From: Hypanus sabinus
Taxonomy: Eukaryota
DNA: 64,000 nucleotides
Reading direction: 5' to 3'
Assembly (NCBI RefSeq): GCF_030144855.1
Contig: NC_082709.1
Location: forward strand, 80,538,001-80,602,000
The notes below the pieces were generated by a model. That model was given only the letters and a program-made list of their open reading frames with translations. It did no database searches and was not told the origin of the DNA. Every line of letters starts with the position of its first letter. Position 1 is the first letter of the stretch. This document shows positions 24,496 to 37,000 of the stretch, in pieces. The translations under genes and the position numbers were made by a program.

Positions 24496-24675
24496 GCAGC
24501 ATGGCAGAGAGAGCTCAGAACACGATCCCCAGACACGGGTCTCGGCAGCACCAGCGTTCGCTCCCGGATCACAAGCCGTGGCATTTCCATATCGAGAGTT
24601 CCATTCGGCGAACAAGACCCGTTTTCGGAGCTGATTCTGGTCTCAGATCGGTGCTTTATTCAGTGTCGGGTGAAG

Positions 24676-26984
24676 ATGGCATTGGGCCGTGCTTGGAGAG
24701 TTTGCAGTGTGTGGCTGTTGTTGACCGTGACCCTGACCCTGGGCTGTGAGAGGTTACAGTTACTGCAAGTTCTCAACAGAGAGACTCTGGTCAAACTGAA
24801 TGAAATGGTGAGTTGAACCCGCTCCCAGAGACCGGTCCTGACAGTCCCCGGCTGTTTGCTGTTACCAATCAGGTGATTTCAAAGAGTCTGTTGTCCGGTG
24901 TTTCTGTGTGTGGGGATTGTCAGTAACGTTGATATCTTCTGTCTCAGGGTGGCCGCCTCCCTCGACACTGTGTGACTGAGAGGCTGTCGTTGAAAACCAA
25001 GCCCTTGGAGCTGGTGAAACTTTCGGCGGAGGTTCCTGTGAGTAATCCCTGCATTTTATTTCTATGTTAATCATTCGAGATATTCTTGCAGAGTAATGTT
25101 GAGAATCGTATCTGAACTTTATACAGAGAACAAAACGATGATAGAATGTCGACATTTTCTCTCCAAGTCGCTCTCTTCCTCTGTCGTTGTCGCTGATTCT
25201 AAGGAAACCATTCACAATTAATATATCTCACTTCTGTCATCACACGTCTTGGGTTCTCTATGGTGACCCGTAAAGCGCTGGGTTTCTTGGTTTTTCGAGC
25301 ACCGGTACTTACTCATTGTAACTTTACCCAGGGTCGTTAAACACGTGTGCTTTCTGTTTAATCTTGTCAAATTAATTGTGACTGTCACGGGTTTCCCTCA
25401 TTCTAAAATACTTTAAAGAGGACATTTAGCGCCGATCCCAGGGCTCTGTTGGTACTCCTCTGTATCACTGGTGCCTGGCCTCCACGTGGGAGTCCGCCAT
25501 TCTTCTGCACCTGGGTTCAGTCAGCGTCAGCGCTCACCGTGACAACTTCATTCACGTTTCCTCTCGCCCATTCACTGGTAGTTCACTCTCTGTACCTAAC
25601 ACCCACTGGCTTGCTCTACTCCCACTGAACTTGCCAATATCTATGAACTTGTATTTTCTACTCTCACGACCTCTTGTTACCTCAACTCCCCATTGAATTT
25701 ATCTCCTCTGTTAATCTGGAAATCCATTCATCCGTCTATCGTTACACAAAATGGGTTCACTCTAGGTGATTTCACCATCTACTCCGGTCTAACGATTTGA
25801 CACCTCATTGTAATATTTTTCACAGGCCCAGGAAAGGATCCAGATTGTCCATCAGACCCTGCATCACCTCCGCAGGATCTACCGTATGAACCTGAGCTCA
25901 GTCAGCTGGGTCCAGAGCTCAGTGGAACACTTCCGGCTTCTGTTGGATCGGCAGCTCAAAGAGCTGGATGTCTGTGTCCGGAAACCAGGCTCAGGATCCA
26001 GACCAAGGAAGAATGCCACAATTCTTAAATACTTCCGGAAGTTGAGAAAGTTTCTGAAAAGGAAGGTGAGTTGATATGAAAACGTGTAATTGCCAACACA
26101 TTTCTTCAGTCCTTTTATAACCACATAACCAAACAATTACAACATGGAAACAGGCCACCTCAGCCCTTCTAGTCCATGCCAAACGCTTACTCTCACCTAG
26201 TCCCACTGACTTGCACTCAGCCCATAACCCTCCATTCCTTTCCTGTCCATATACCTATACAATTGTTTTAAATGACAATATCGAACCTGCCTCTACCACC
26301 TCTACTGGAAGCTCGTTCCACACAGCTACCACTCTCTGAGTAAAGAAATTTCCCCTCGTGTTACCCTTAAACTTTTGCCCCCTAACTCTCAACTCATGTC
26401 CTCTTGTTTGAATCTCCCCTTCTCTCAATGGAAAAAGCCTATCCACATCAACTCTAACTACCCTCTCATAATTTTAAATACCTCTATCAAGTCCCCCCAC
26501 AACCTTCTCCGCTCCAAAGAATAAAGACCTAACTTGTTCAATCTTTCTCTGTAACTTAGGTGCTGAAACCCAGGTAACATTCTAGTAAATCTCCTCTGAT
26601 TTTGTTGACATCTTTCCTATAATTCAGTGACCAGAACTGTGCACAATACTCCAAATTTGGCCTCGCCAATGCCTTGTCCAATTTTAACATTACATCCCAA
26701 CTCCTATACTCAATGCTCTGATTTATAGCTAGCATACCAAAAGCTTTCTTCACCACCCTATCCACATGAGATTCCACCTTCAGAGAACTATGCACCATTA
26801 TTCCTAGATCACTCTGTTCTACTGACCACATATTTTATATGTTTTCATTATCTAATGCATTGATCTGTCATTTTCACTTCTTCAGGGATTCAGTGAATGT
26901 GCCTGGGAGATAACCCGCGTTGAGACCAGGGCACATTTACAACAACTCTTCCTCATTATGGCAAAAATTAGCAAAAATATGTGA
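24676..26984 (+). CDS. Type I interferon precursor, 4 exons (IFN-C), 186 aa
   Basis: Exons 24676-24807, 24948-25037, 25826-26065, 26886-26984 (GFSECAWEITRVETRAHLQQLFLIMAKISKNM*). GT-AG phase-0 introns, signal peptide, 4 mature Cys, CAWE motif. Confidence 0.93.
25235..25544. mobile_element. Solo LTR-like insertion in IFN-C intron 2
   Basis: TGTCA...TGACA termini flanked by the 5-bp direct repeat ACTTC (25230-25234, 25545-25549). Confidence 0.7.
26115..26825 (-). mobile_element. CR1-type LINE fragment in IFN-C intron 3
   Basis: Same family as 22320-23130; enlarges intron 3 to 820 nt versus ~95-115 nt in the paralogs. Confidence 0.88.
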
Positions 26985-28719
26985 AGATTCTGCAGAGACA
27001 ACCACATGTGTGACTGACATTAATGGCTATTTACCTAAAGTGCGTTTTATTTATGGAAAAAGATTGCAAAAGAAAAAAAGAAATTTGAACGAAAACAGAA
27101 GTTGAAGGAAATTTTACACGTGGAGGAGAAAACTGGGTTAATGACTTCGGTCAACAAAAAAGTTACATCATGAATCCCCATCAACAAGCGAACATTTTCA
27201 GTATTTTCTGACTTTACAATATATTGTGTTGTTACATTGCTGTGATTTTCAGTTGGCAAGTAAGGGAGAACAGAAGATGTCTAGATGTTTATTCACATGC
27301 CAGTGTTGACTTAATTTATTGATATTGATTTTTGTATGACTATCCTGGATTGAGATCTAAATTTGGTGAATGATCCTGAATCCGTTCCCGTTTTAAAGAC
27401 AGTCAGATCCTGCAGTGCAAAATTTCATTACTGGAGAAGATGCGTGGTGCTTCGAATTATGTTAACTACAACACTAAAGTGAGATGGATAATCACTCATT
27501 TTCCACAACATCATGTCCAAGACATGTTGCAATTTTTGCCCAGCTTCCTTTAGTGTTAGCAATTTCAGTTGGCGAGTTGTAGGGCGTTCCTCCTTTCCGA
27601 GGCTTATCTGTTTATTGCCATTCAATTTTCTGCAAATTCTCCCTGTACTTGTTGCTCTTGCGATAGGAGTACGATCGTGAATTTCTAAGCCTGCATTACG
27701 CTCTGGTAGGTGATGGTCTCTAGGACCATTGATCTTGAATTTATCCCGAACTGACAGTATTCAACATGTACTTGTTAACCCTATAGTCTTAAGATAAATT
27801 TATATTAATTTATTTATATTTATTGTGATATTAATGTGCAATTGTGACTCATTAATTTTAATTTATTACTATTCCGAGATAAGCAATGGAAATATTTTTT
27901 CTAAATTAAAAACTTTTTGTAAAGATGTGGATGTTAAGTGTTTTCAGTAATATACAATGCTAGAGGTATACTATATATATGATCTTCCTCAAGGAATATA
28001 ACTTTTGAAGTTTCTTGACACTCCCTCCACGACCCCTTGGACCCCCGATCTGAACGAACGCACCAAGAGCCTGAGCGCTGCCGCTCTCCCCGCTGGCGGA
28101 TTTTCTGCTGGACTCTCCCGCTTTCAGATTCCTTACTTCAGAGCGGAGACCGCTCTCTCCCGACAGGCTCCCAAATATCCCGCAATCATTTCGCTTTTCG
28201 AATGTCACCTATTTTCGGACTTGAACATATAAAATCCGGCAGCATGGCAGAGAGAGCTCACAACACGATCCCCAGACACGGGTCTCGGCAGCATGGCAGA
28301 GAGAGCTCACAACACGATCCCCAGACACGGGTCTCGGCAGCACCGGCGTCCGCTCTCGGATCACAAGCCGCTGCCTTCCCATGTCCAGAGTACTAGACGA
28401 CAAACAGGACCCGTTTTCGGAGTTGATTCTGGTCTCAGGTACATCATGTTTAAAGATTTGAGGAGCAGAATTAAGCCGATCGGCTATCGAGTTTAGTCCC
28501 CATTCGATCATGGCCGATTTATTTTCCCTCTCAAGCGCATTCTCATGTCTTCTTCCCACTAACTTTGACGCCCTTGCTAATTAAGCATCTATCAACATCC
28601 ACCTTCAGTATAACCCATGACTTGGCCTCTATAGCAGTCTGTGGGAGTTCATCTTAAAGACTTACACCTTCTGGTTTAAGAAATTCTACATAAACCCTGC
28701 TCTAAAAGGACACCCTTCT

Positions 28720-29965
28720 CGAGTCAAGTCGTCACTTTTATTGTCATTTCGACCATAGCTGCTGGTACAGTGCATAGTAAAAATGAGACAACGTTTTTCA
28801 GGACCATGGTGCTACATGAAACAGTACAAAAACTAGACTGAACTACGTAAAAAAACACAGAGAGAGAGAGAGAAAAAAAACTACACTAGACTACAGACCT
28901 ACACTGGACTGCACAAAGTGCACAAAACATTGCAGGCATCACAATAAATAATAAACAAGACGATAGGGCAGTAAGTTGTGTCAGTCCAGGCTCTGGGTGT
29001 TGAGGAGTCTGATAGCTTGGGGGAAGAAACTGTTACATAGTCTGGTCGTGAGAGACTGAATGCTTCGGAGCCTTTTCCCAGATGGCAGGAGGGAGAAGAG
29101 ATTGTATGAGGGGTGCGTGGGGTCCTTCATAATGCTGTTTCCTTTGCGGATACAGTGTGTAGTATAAATGTCCGTAATGGCGTGAGGAGAGACCCCGATG
29201 ATCTTCTCAGCTGACCTCACTATCCACTGCAGGGTCTTGCTATCCGAGATGGTGCAATTTCCAAACCAGGCAGTGATGCAGCTGCTCAGGATGGTCTCAA
29301 TACAACCCCTGTAGAATGTGATGAGGATGGGGGGGTGGGAGATGGACTTTCCTCAGCCTTCGCAGAAAGTAGAGACGCTGCTGGGCTTTCTTTGCTATGG
29401 AGCTGGTGTTGAGGGACCAGGTGAGATTCTCCGCCAGGTGAACACCAAGAAATTTGGTGCTCTTAACGATCTGTACCGAGCAGCCGTCGATGTTCAGCAG
29501 GGAGTGGTTGCTCCGTGCCCTCCTGAAGTCAACAACCATCTCTTTTGTTTTGTTCACATTCAGAGACAGGTTGTTGGCTCTGCACCAGTCCGTTAGCCGC
29601 TGCACCTCCTCTCTGTAAGCTGACTCGTCGTTCTTGCTGATGAGACCCACAACGGTCGTGTCATCGGTGAACTTGATGATATGGTTCGAGCTGTGTGTTG
29701 CAGCACAGTCGTGGGTCAGCAGAGTGACCAGCAGTGGACTGAGCACACAACCCTCGAGAGCCCCTTTGCTCAGTGTGATGGTGCTGGAGATGCTGCTCCC
29801 GATCCGGACTGACTGAGGTCTCCCAGTCAGGAAGTCTAGGATCCAGTTGCAGAGGGAGGAGTTCAGGCCCAATAGGCTCAGCTTTCCAATCAGTTTCTGA
29901 GGGATGATTGTGTTGAATACTGAACCGAAGTCTATGAACAGCATTCGAACGTATGTGTCTTTGCT
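28720..29965 (-). mobile_element. Rex1/L2-group LINE reverse transcriptase fragment
   Basis: ORF 29995-29297: [70 protein letters not shown]. Confidence 0.88.
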
Positions 29966-29999
29966 GCAGGAAGAAGCGAGACTGCAGGACTTCAATTCT

Positions 30000-31330
30000 G
30001 TAGGTACGCCTTCAGGTCCCTAGACTCCCCTACGATAGGAAATAACCTGTCCACATCCACTCTTTCTAGGCCTTTCAACATTCAGTCAGTTTCAAATAAA
30101 ATACTCCCTCTTTTTTCTAAACTCCAGAGAGCACAGAACCAGAGCCATCAAACACCCCTCATATGTTAATCTTTTCATTCCCGGATCATCCTCACAAGAC
30201 CCCTCTGAACGCACCCCTATACCAGTGCATCCTTTCTTAGATATGGGGCTGGAAAATGTTCATAATACTCAACTGCGGTGTGAGCAATGCCTTATAAATC
30301 CTCGGCATCACGTGCTTGCTTTAATACTCTCGTCCCCTCGAAATGTATTTGTCTTCCTTACGACAGACTCAACCTGCAAGTTAACCTTTAGGGAACCTTG
30401 TACTGGGCATCCCAAGACTCCTTTCACTTCTGATTGCAGAATTTGCCCCCTTTAGAAAATAGCCTTTATTCTTTCTACCAAGGTGTATTACCATACACTA
30501 CCCTTCACTGCATTCCATCTACCACGTCTTTGCCCATTCACCTAACCTGTCTAAGTCCTTCTGCAGCCTCGCTTCTTCCTCAGCATTACCTGCCCCTCCA
30601 CTTACCTTTGTATCACCCACAAACATGTCCTCAAAGTCATCAATTCTGTCATCCAGATCATTAACATATAATGTGAAAATTAGCAGACCCATCAATAACC
30701 TTGCGGACCATCACTCGTCACCGGCAGTAAACCAGTAAAGGCTTCCTTTAATCCAACCATTTGCCTTCTGCCAGTCAGCCAATCTTAGAACGTAGAACAT
30801 AGAATAGGACAGCACAGCAATAGGCCATTCGGCCCTCAGTATTGTTCTGAAGCAGCTAGGAAGCAACTCAAAAACACCCAAACACTAATCCTTCCTAGCT
30901 GCACAGTGGTGATATCCCTTCATCACCCTGACATCCATGTGCCCATCCAAACATCTGTTAAAAGCTTCTAATGTATTTCCCTCTACCACCACACAGAGAG
31001 TGCATTTCAGGCATCCATAACTCTCCAAGTTAAAAAACCTACCCCTCATAACCTCCTTGAGCCTACCCCCTCTGACTTTCATGCCATAAGGAAACCATGC
31101 TGCCTTTGGCCTATTCTATTGTGTGCTCCAAGTACCCCATAACCTCATCCTTAATAATAGAGACTAACATTTTGCCTACCACTGAAGTCAGGTTATCGGG
31201 CCTATGATTTCCTGTCTTTTGCCTTCCTCCCTTCTTAAAGGGTGGAGTGACATTTGCAATTTTCCAGTCCTCTGAAAGCATTCCTGACTCTAGTAATTTT
31301 TGAAAGCTCACTTCTAGTGCCCCACAATCT
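30000..31330 (-). mobile_element. CR1-type LINE fragments (nested)
   Basis: EDWKIANVTP.FKKGGRQKTGN.RP..LTSVVGKML peptide and CR1 3' tails. Confidence 0.75.
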
Positions 31331-33139
31331 CTTTAACTGCGCAAATAATATCACAACCAGCATCCACCACAGATGATTGAATGATGTAATCTACTCTAAG
31401 GAACTGACTGCAGATTACAAGGATTCCGTTTCCAAAGGGCTCTTGAGGGATCTAGACAGAGGTGTACCAAATTCTGGGTGGCATAATTAGCATGAATAGC
31501 AATAAAATTTTCCCCAAAGCAAATTACACAGATTTATGTCAAAATGTAAAAGGTGTGGATGGGATATAAGGAAAATGAAACTATTTTCTGCGAGTGTATA
31601 GTTGGAATTTGAACATGCTGTCTGAGAGGGTGGTGGAGGAAGAATCCCTCAGAACATTTAAGAAGTATCTATATGAGCTCCTCAGTTGCCAAGGCTACTG
31701 ACCAGCTATCGGTAAGTGGGATTTCTTTCAGTGGCATATTGTTGGGAGGGATGAACCAAAAAGACTTCAGGGCCTTTTTCTGTGACGTAATGGCCCCGTG
31801 GCCCTACGACTCTGTGACTTGCATTTTCTCAAGTTCTGAAGTGTAGATGTTCGTGTTCTATTGCTTTTTTTTCCAAAATATGTATTGGCCATTGTACATT
31901 GGATACCACAAGTTACTGACATAGGGAGTCTGGGCTCACATTGCAAGACTCTGCTTTTCAGTTCCTATTCCCTGAATCATGTTTCACTAACCACTTCACT
32001 TAAATTCTATTTCCTTGTGCCAACGTAGCTGATAAATAATTGTCTATGCTGTTCTTTTTATAAGTTGCTGCTGATTCTTTTAAACATTCCATTCAGACAA
32101 TTCCTTCCACCAGCGTGCTTGATCTCCCCTTCATGAGATTGCATAGGTCTATAAAATCTCCCCCTCACCATCTCTAGCTAAAACAGAACAGCCTACATTC
32201 CCTGAGTCTCTCCATATTACTGATATCCTGCTATGGATACTATGCATTCTGTCGAGTCCTGTCACTCTGTCTTTCACCTGATGCCTTACTCACAGCTATC
32301 AGCTCACACCCAGCTTGGTTACCAATTGCAGATCACATAGCTCTGAACTTCTTTCAGATCACAGAAGTCTGCAGTCCTTCTTCTGGGTGCTGATAGCTTG
32401 ATAGGGATGTTTAAGGTGCTATTCTATTCAGATACATAGCATTCTAATTTAATTCTAAAGCTTATTAGCATCATAGCCTATCTAATGCCACCATGTGTGT
32501 TTTGCACAGGCACAGGACTGGATCTGGATCATCCATCAGACCCTGCATCACCTCCGCAGGACCTACAGTATGAACCTGAGCTCAGACTGGTGGGTCCAGA
32601 GCTCAGTGGAACACTTGCAGCTTCTCTTGGATCGGCAGCTCAGAGAGCTGGATGTCTGTGTCCGGAAACCAGGCCCAGAGAAGGAAGAATGCCGCAATTC
32701 TTAAATACTTTCAACTACTGAGAGAGTTTCTGAAACAGAAGGTGAATTAACATGAAACCTTGTGATCACCAAAACATTTATTCAAACACTTTATATTGGG
32801 TTATTATATAATGTATTTCCTTTTCTCTCTTTCAGGAATTCACTGCCTGTGCCTGGGAAGTAACCTGTGCTGAGACCAGGGCACATCTACAACAGCTCCT
32901 TCGCATTATGGCAAAGATAAACTCAGGACTCTGAAAGTTTTCCAGTTATGTGGAGACATGCCATTATTTATTTTAAAAAGCTGTTTTCTGTGTTAATGGT
33001 GTCCCAAAATTTTGTTAACTTATTGTTATTTATTGAAGAATATACACTTCTAGCTGCTTTTTTATACTGTTCTTTTTAATGAAGATGAGAGTTTAAATAA
33101 ATTGTATCTAAAATCACACTGTTTACTTATGTTGGCTGA

Positions 33140-34078
33140 TTTCCCTTACTTAGATGACGGAATTGATGGCTTTGTGGCCAAGTTTGCAGATGATATGAAG
33201 GCAAGTAGAGGGGCAGGAAGTTTTGAGGAAGTAGAGAGGCTACAGCAGGATGTAGACAGATTAGGAGAAATCTAGGCAAAGAAATGGCAGATGGAGTACA
33301 GTGCAGGAAAGTGTATGTTCATGCAATTTGGTAGAAGAAATGAAAGGGTTGATTATTTTCTAAATGGAGAGAAAATACAAAAATTTGAGATGCAAAGGGA
33401 CTTGTGCAGGATTCCCTAAATGTAAACTTGCAGGTTGAGTTGGTGATGAGGAAGGAAAATGCAATGTTAGCATTGATTTTGAGAGGACTAGAACATAAAA
33501 GCAAGGATGTGATGTTAAGGCTTTATAAAGCATCAGTGAAGCCTCATTTGGAGTATTGTGAGCAGGTTTGTGCCCCTTATCTTAGAAAGAGTGTGCTGAA
33601 ATTGGAGAGGGTTCAAAAGAGGTTCGCGGAAATGATTCCAGGTTTGAACGGCTTGTCATATGAAGAGATTTTGATGGCTCTGGGCCTATATTCACTGGAA
33701 TTCACATGAATGAGATGTGACCTCAGTGAAACCTATAGAGTGGTGCAAGGCCTTGATAGAGTTGATGTGGAGAGGATGTTACCTATGATGGGGGAGTCCA
33801 AGACCTGAGGGCACCACCTCAGAATTCTCCTTTTAGAATGGAGATGAGGCAGAATTTCCTTAGCCAAAGAGTGGTGAATCTGTGGCATTCGTTGCCATAA
33901 ATGGTTGTGGAGACCAAGTCTTTGGGTATATTCAAGGCAGAGGTTGATGGATTCTTGATTGGTCAGGGCATGAGGGGATATGGGGAGAAGGCAGGAGATT
34001 AGGGCTGAGAGGAAAATTGGGTCAGCCATAATAAAATGATGGAGCAGGTCTAATTCTGCTCCTATGTCTTATGGTCTA
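33140..34078 (+). mobile_element. CR1-type LINE 3' fragment
   Basis: KFADD; LYKASVKPHLEYCEQV.APYLRK..LKLERVQKRF; tail cttatggtct. Confidence 0.85.
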
Positions 34079-37000
34079 AGATGTAAATTTCAGAGTAAAT
34101 TTTCACATATTGATATTTATCTTTGTACTATTCCCTATGATGAAATGTAAAAGGCTGGATTGAAGGAATTTGGTGAATGATCTCATTACTGCCATGTCCT
34201 CTATAGAGCAGCCGCTGCTGCAATGTAAAATTTTATGTTGGGATAAGGGGGTCTGTGGTCACCTCATGCTTCACTGTTTCACTGTGAGTAATAAGCTGTG
34301 TTACTTTACTTAATCCTTTAAAGTGAACTCAGTGACGGTTAGCCTCTCATGACTTCACACAAATGTAGCATTGCCATTTTTGTACAATATGCAAAGTCAA
34401 AGATTTCAGAAAGGAAAAGGCATCTTCAAAAATAATTGAAATTTAAGGTAGGGAGTTTTAAGGCTATTATATGTATATCAACTTTCTGTTAATCTTACAA
34501 TGTATCTGTCTTGGTTTAGTCTTGACAATTTGAACTGGAGAGGTGGAGATGATTATTCCTTTTCAAAGTCTTCATTTTCCATTTAGTTTTCTGAAGCTTC
34601 TTATTTGTATTGCTGATATTCCCACAGGATTATGCTTCAGGAATGTCCCAACCAACACTCAGCCTGTTGTTTATTTTTAGAACACTGTAGACACTTGGAA
34701 CTTAAATTTATTGACTCAGGATGTTTAACTTCATCTTTGACACACAGTAATGCTTACACATTTATTCTTTCGCTGATCAGATGTCAAATGGCCCAATTCT
34801 GTTCCTGTGCCCTAAGGTTTAGTTAATCTCTGTTTATCTTACTTCATTTTAATTCATCGCTATTATGTCTTTGGCTGTCTTGACAGAGTTAAAAGATTTT
34901 TCTTCATTTATTTTTACTTACTGAGTATTATACAATTGGGTTTGAAATGTTGATCGTAGATTATAATTTTACATTGTTGCATAGAGAGTCAGAAGCAGGT
35001 TTAATATCACCTGCATATGTTGTGAAATCTGTTGCCTTAGTGGCAGCAGTGCAACTCAATGCATAATAATAGTGAAAAAACTGGAGTTTTAAAATCAGTC
35101 ATTTCGATGGGCTCGTTAGCCGTGGTTGGCAGCTCATCAAGGAGAAGGAAAACTCTGATCTCAAACCTCTGCTGCCTTGTGGCTATACCCACACATAGGA
35201 ATGGCTTCAGGAGTAAACCACGAGAGAAAAATCCAGAGCTGGAGTTCCTGAGGCAGTCTAACATTGAGTTCAATGCTGAATGGCAGCTGTTGCTGGTACC
35301 AAACTGTACCCAACTCTGCTGTTCCTTTGGGTTCATCATTGCATGGTGAGGGGGAGCTTGCTACATGGGCAACCACTTGTTCTCCATGTTGTACTGCCCA
35401 GGCTTGGGAATCAAGACAGCTAGGACACAAAACCCACGGTCAACTCTGACTGATGGTGGCCCTCGACTCTGCCTCAGAATTGTGCAAAAATAACTTCTTA
35501 AAAAAACTGTAATGAGGATGTGTCAATGGGTACATTGTCATTCAGAAATCTAAGGGCAGAGGGAGAGAAGCTGTTCCTGAATCACTGAGTGTGTGCCTTC
35601 AGGCTCCTGTAAGTTTTTTACTCAGAAAGTTGTGGATGCCTGGATCGTGCTGCTTGGTGTGGTGATAGAGACAAATACATTAGAAGCTTTTAGGAGACAA
35701 TTGGATGGGCACATGGATGTAAGGCAGATGGAGGGATATGGACATGGTGTAGATAGGAAGGATTCGTATTTGGGTGCTTTTGATTTGCTTTTTAGCCGGT
35801 TCAGTGGAACGTTCTGTAGCCTCTCTACAGCTTGTTCTTGTGCTGTATTTTCTATGTTCTATGTTCATCTTTCTGACACTGGAAAAAGATTTTCCTTATT
35901 CAGTCAATAAACTCAATTCTCTCCTCTAAGTCATCCTAAATCTTCCACATTCCATGTCCGAGTGCAGCAAAGTTGCTCCCAATCCAGATGACCTTAAGAA
36001 TTGGCTCATCTGGAGGATCTGCTGGCTCACAGTTCCGGCAAACCAGGTTCAATCCTGAACTCAGATGCCACTTGCGTGGAATTTTACTTGTTCCTCTGGT
36101 GACCATGTGGTCTTCCCTACCCCCTTCCCCATCCCAAAACCATGGTTAATCAGCTGAAAGTTTTCCCTAGTGCATGGGGAGGTGGTAGGATCTGGATGAA
36201 GCTGATGTGAATGAGGTGAGAATAAAACGGGATTGGTGCAGGCTTAGTGTAGATGAGCATTTCTGAAGGGCCTATTTCCATACTGAATCTTTTATTCAAA
36301 TTCTGGTTTGCAATTTCAGAGGTCTGACAAGCAAAAGCCTGACACAGTTGTACATGTTTGCACATATAGAACCACTTGTAGGAAGTGTGCTGGGCCTCTC
36401 TATCACAATCTCTGGATATATAGGTAACTTGTATTTCAGGCAGGATGGATCCACCACTGGTGGTATACAGCAAAGAGGAGAGCCAATATGGTCTCAACAC
36501 TGATGTTGGACTTCACCTCAATGTCTATGGACACATTTCCTGATCATCTCCACTCCACCACCCCAGATTTTCCTATTATTTTATTTATTTTCTTAATTAC
36601 TTTTCCTTTTTGGAGGATCAATAATTGTGCTTGGAAAATAATGTGCATTGGGATCAGGAGGGTTAATTCACAACAGATATTTCTCATAATAGCAACTACC
36701 AGAAGTAGAAACTGAAAAATTTCCAGCAAATTGTTTATTGGTGACTAAAAATGATAATGGATTATCATTTTAACTTATTGATGATTATTTGATGTATTTT
36801 CCTGTGATAGAAAGCTTTAGTGGGGGAAATTTGTGGAAGATTTTATTTATCCTCCCCTTTAAAGACTGGCACCTATTACAAGAATAAGTTTCATTTCAGC
36901 TTCACTTTGTGCATCTTATCACACATGTTAAGTTTCCAGTCAGTCTCTGTTGTGGTTGTACTATTTTTGATCTTCCTTTCAAGTGAGTGAGTTCAGGGGA

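Larger units (their letters stand above)
28020..32934 (+). pseudogene. Type I interferon pseudogene (IFN-D)
   Basis: Paralogous promoter/5'UTR 28020-28438 breaks off before the ATG; no coding exon 1 or exon 2 found downstream; exon 3 at 32510-32741 is 232 nt (8-nt deletion, frameshift to TAA at 32702-32704); exon 4 at 32836-32934 intact (EFTACAWEVTCAETRAHLQQLLRIMAKINSGL*). Confidence 0.85.

Noticed and set aside
24501-24749. Recurrent MAERAQNTIPRHGSR... ORFs as a separate gene family
   Set aside because: They span the IFN promoter/5'UTR; recurrence is explained by duplication and conversion of the IFN 5' module, and the ATG is probably upstream of the TSS.
24862-25215. Repeated antisense ORFs (...DYSQEPPPKVSPAP...) here and at 8590-8874
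   Set aside because: Antisense shadows of IFN exon 2 and intron 1.
32495-32934. Exons 3-4 of D as alternative 3' exons of IFN-C
   Set aside because: Splice phases would allow it, but D exon 3 is frameshifted and C has its own terminal exon; only RNA data could revive the idea.
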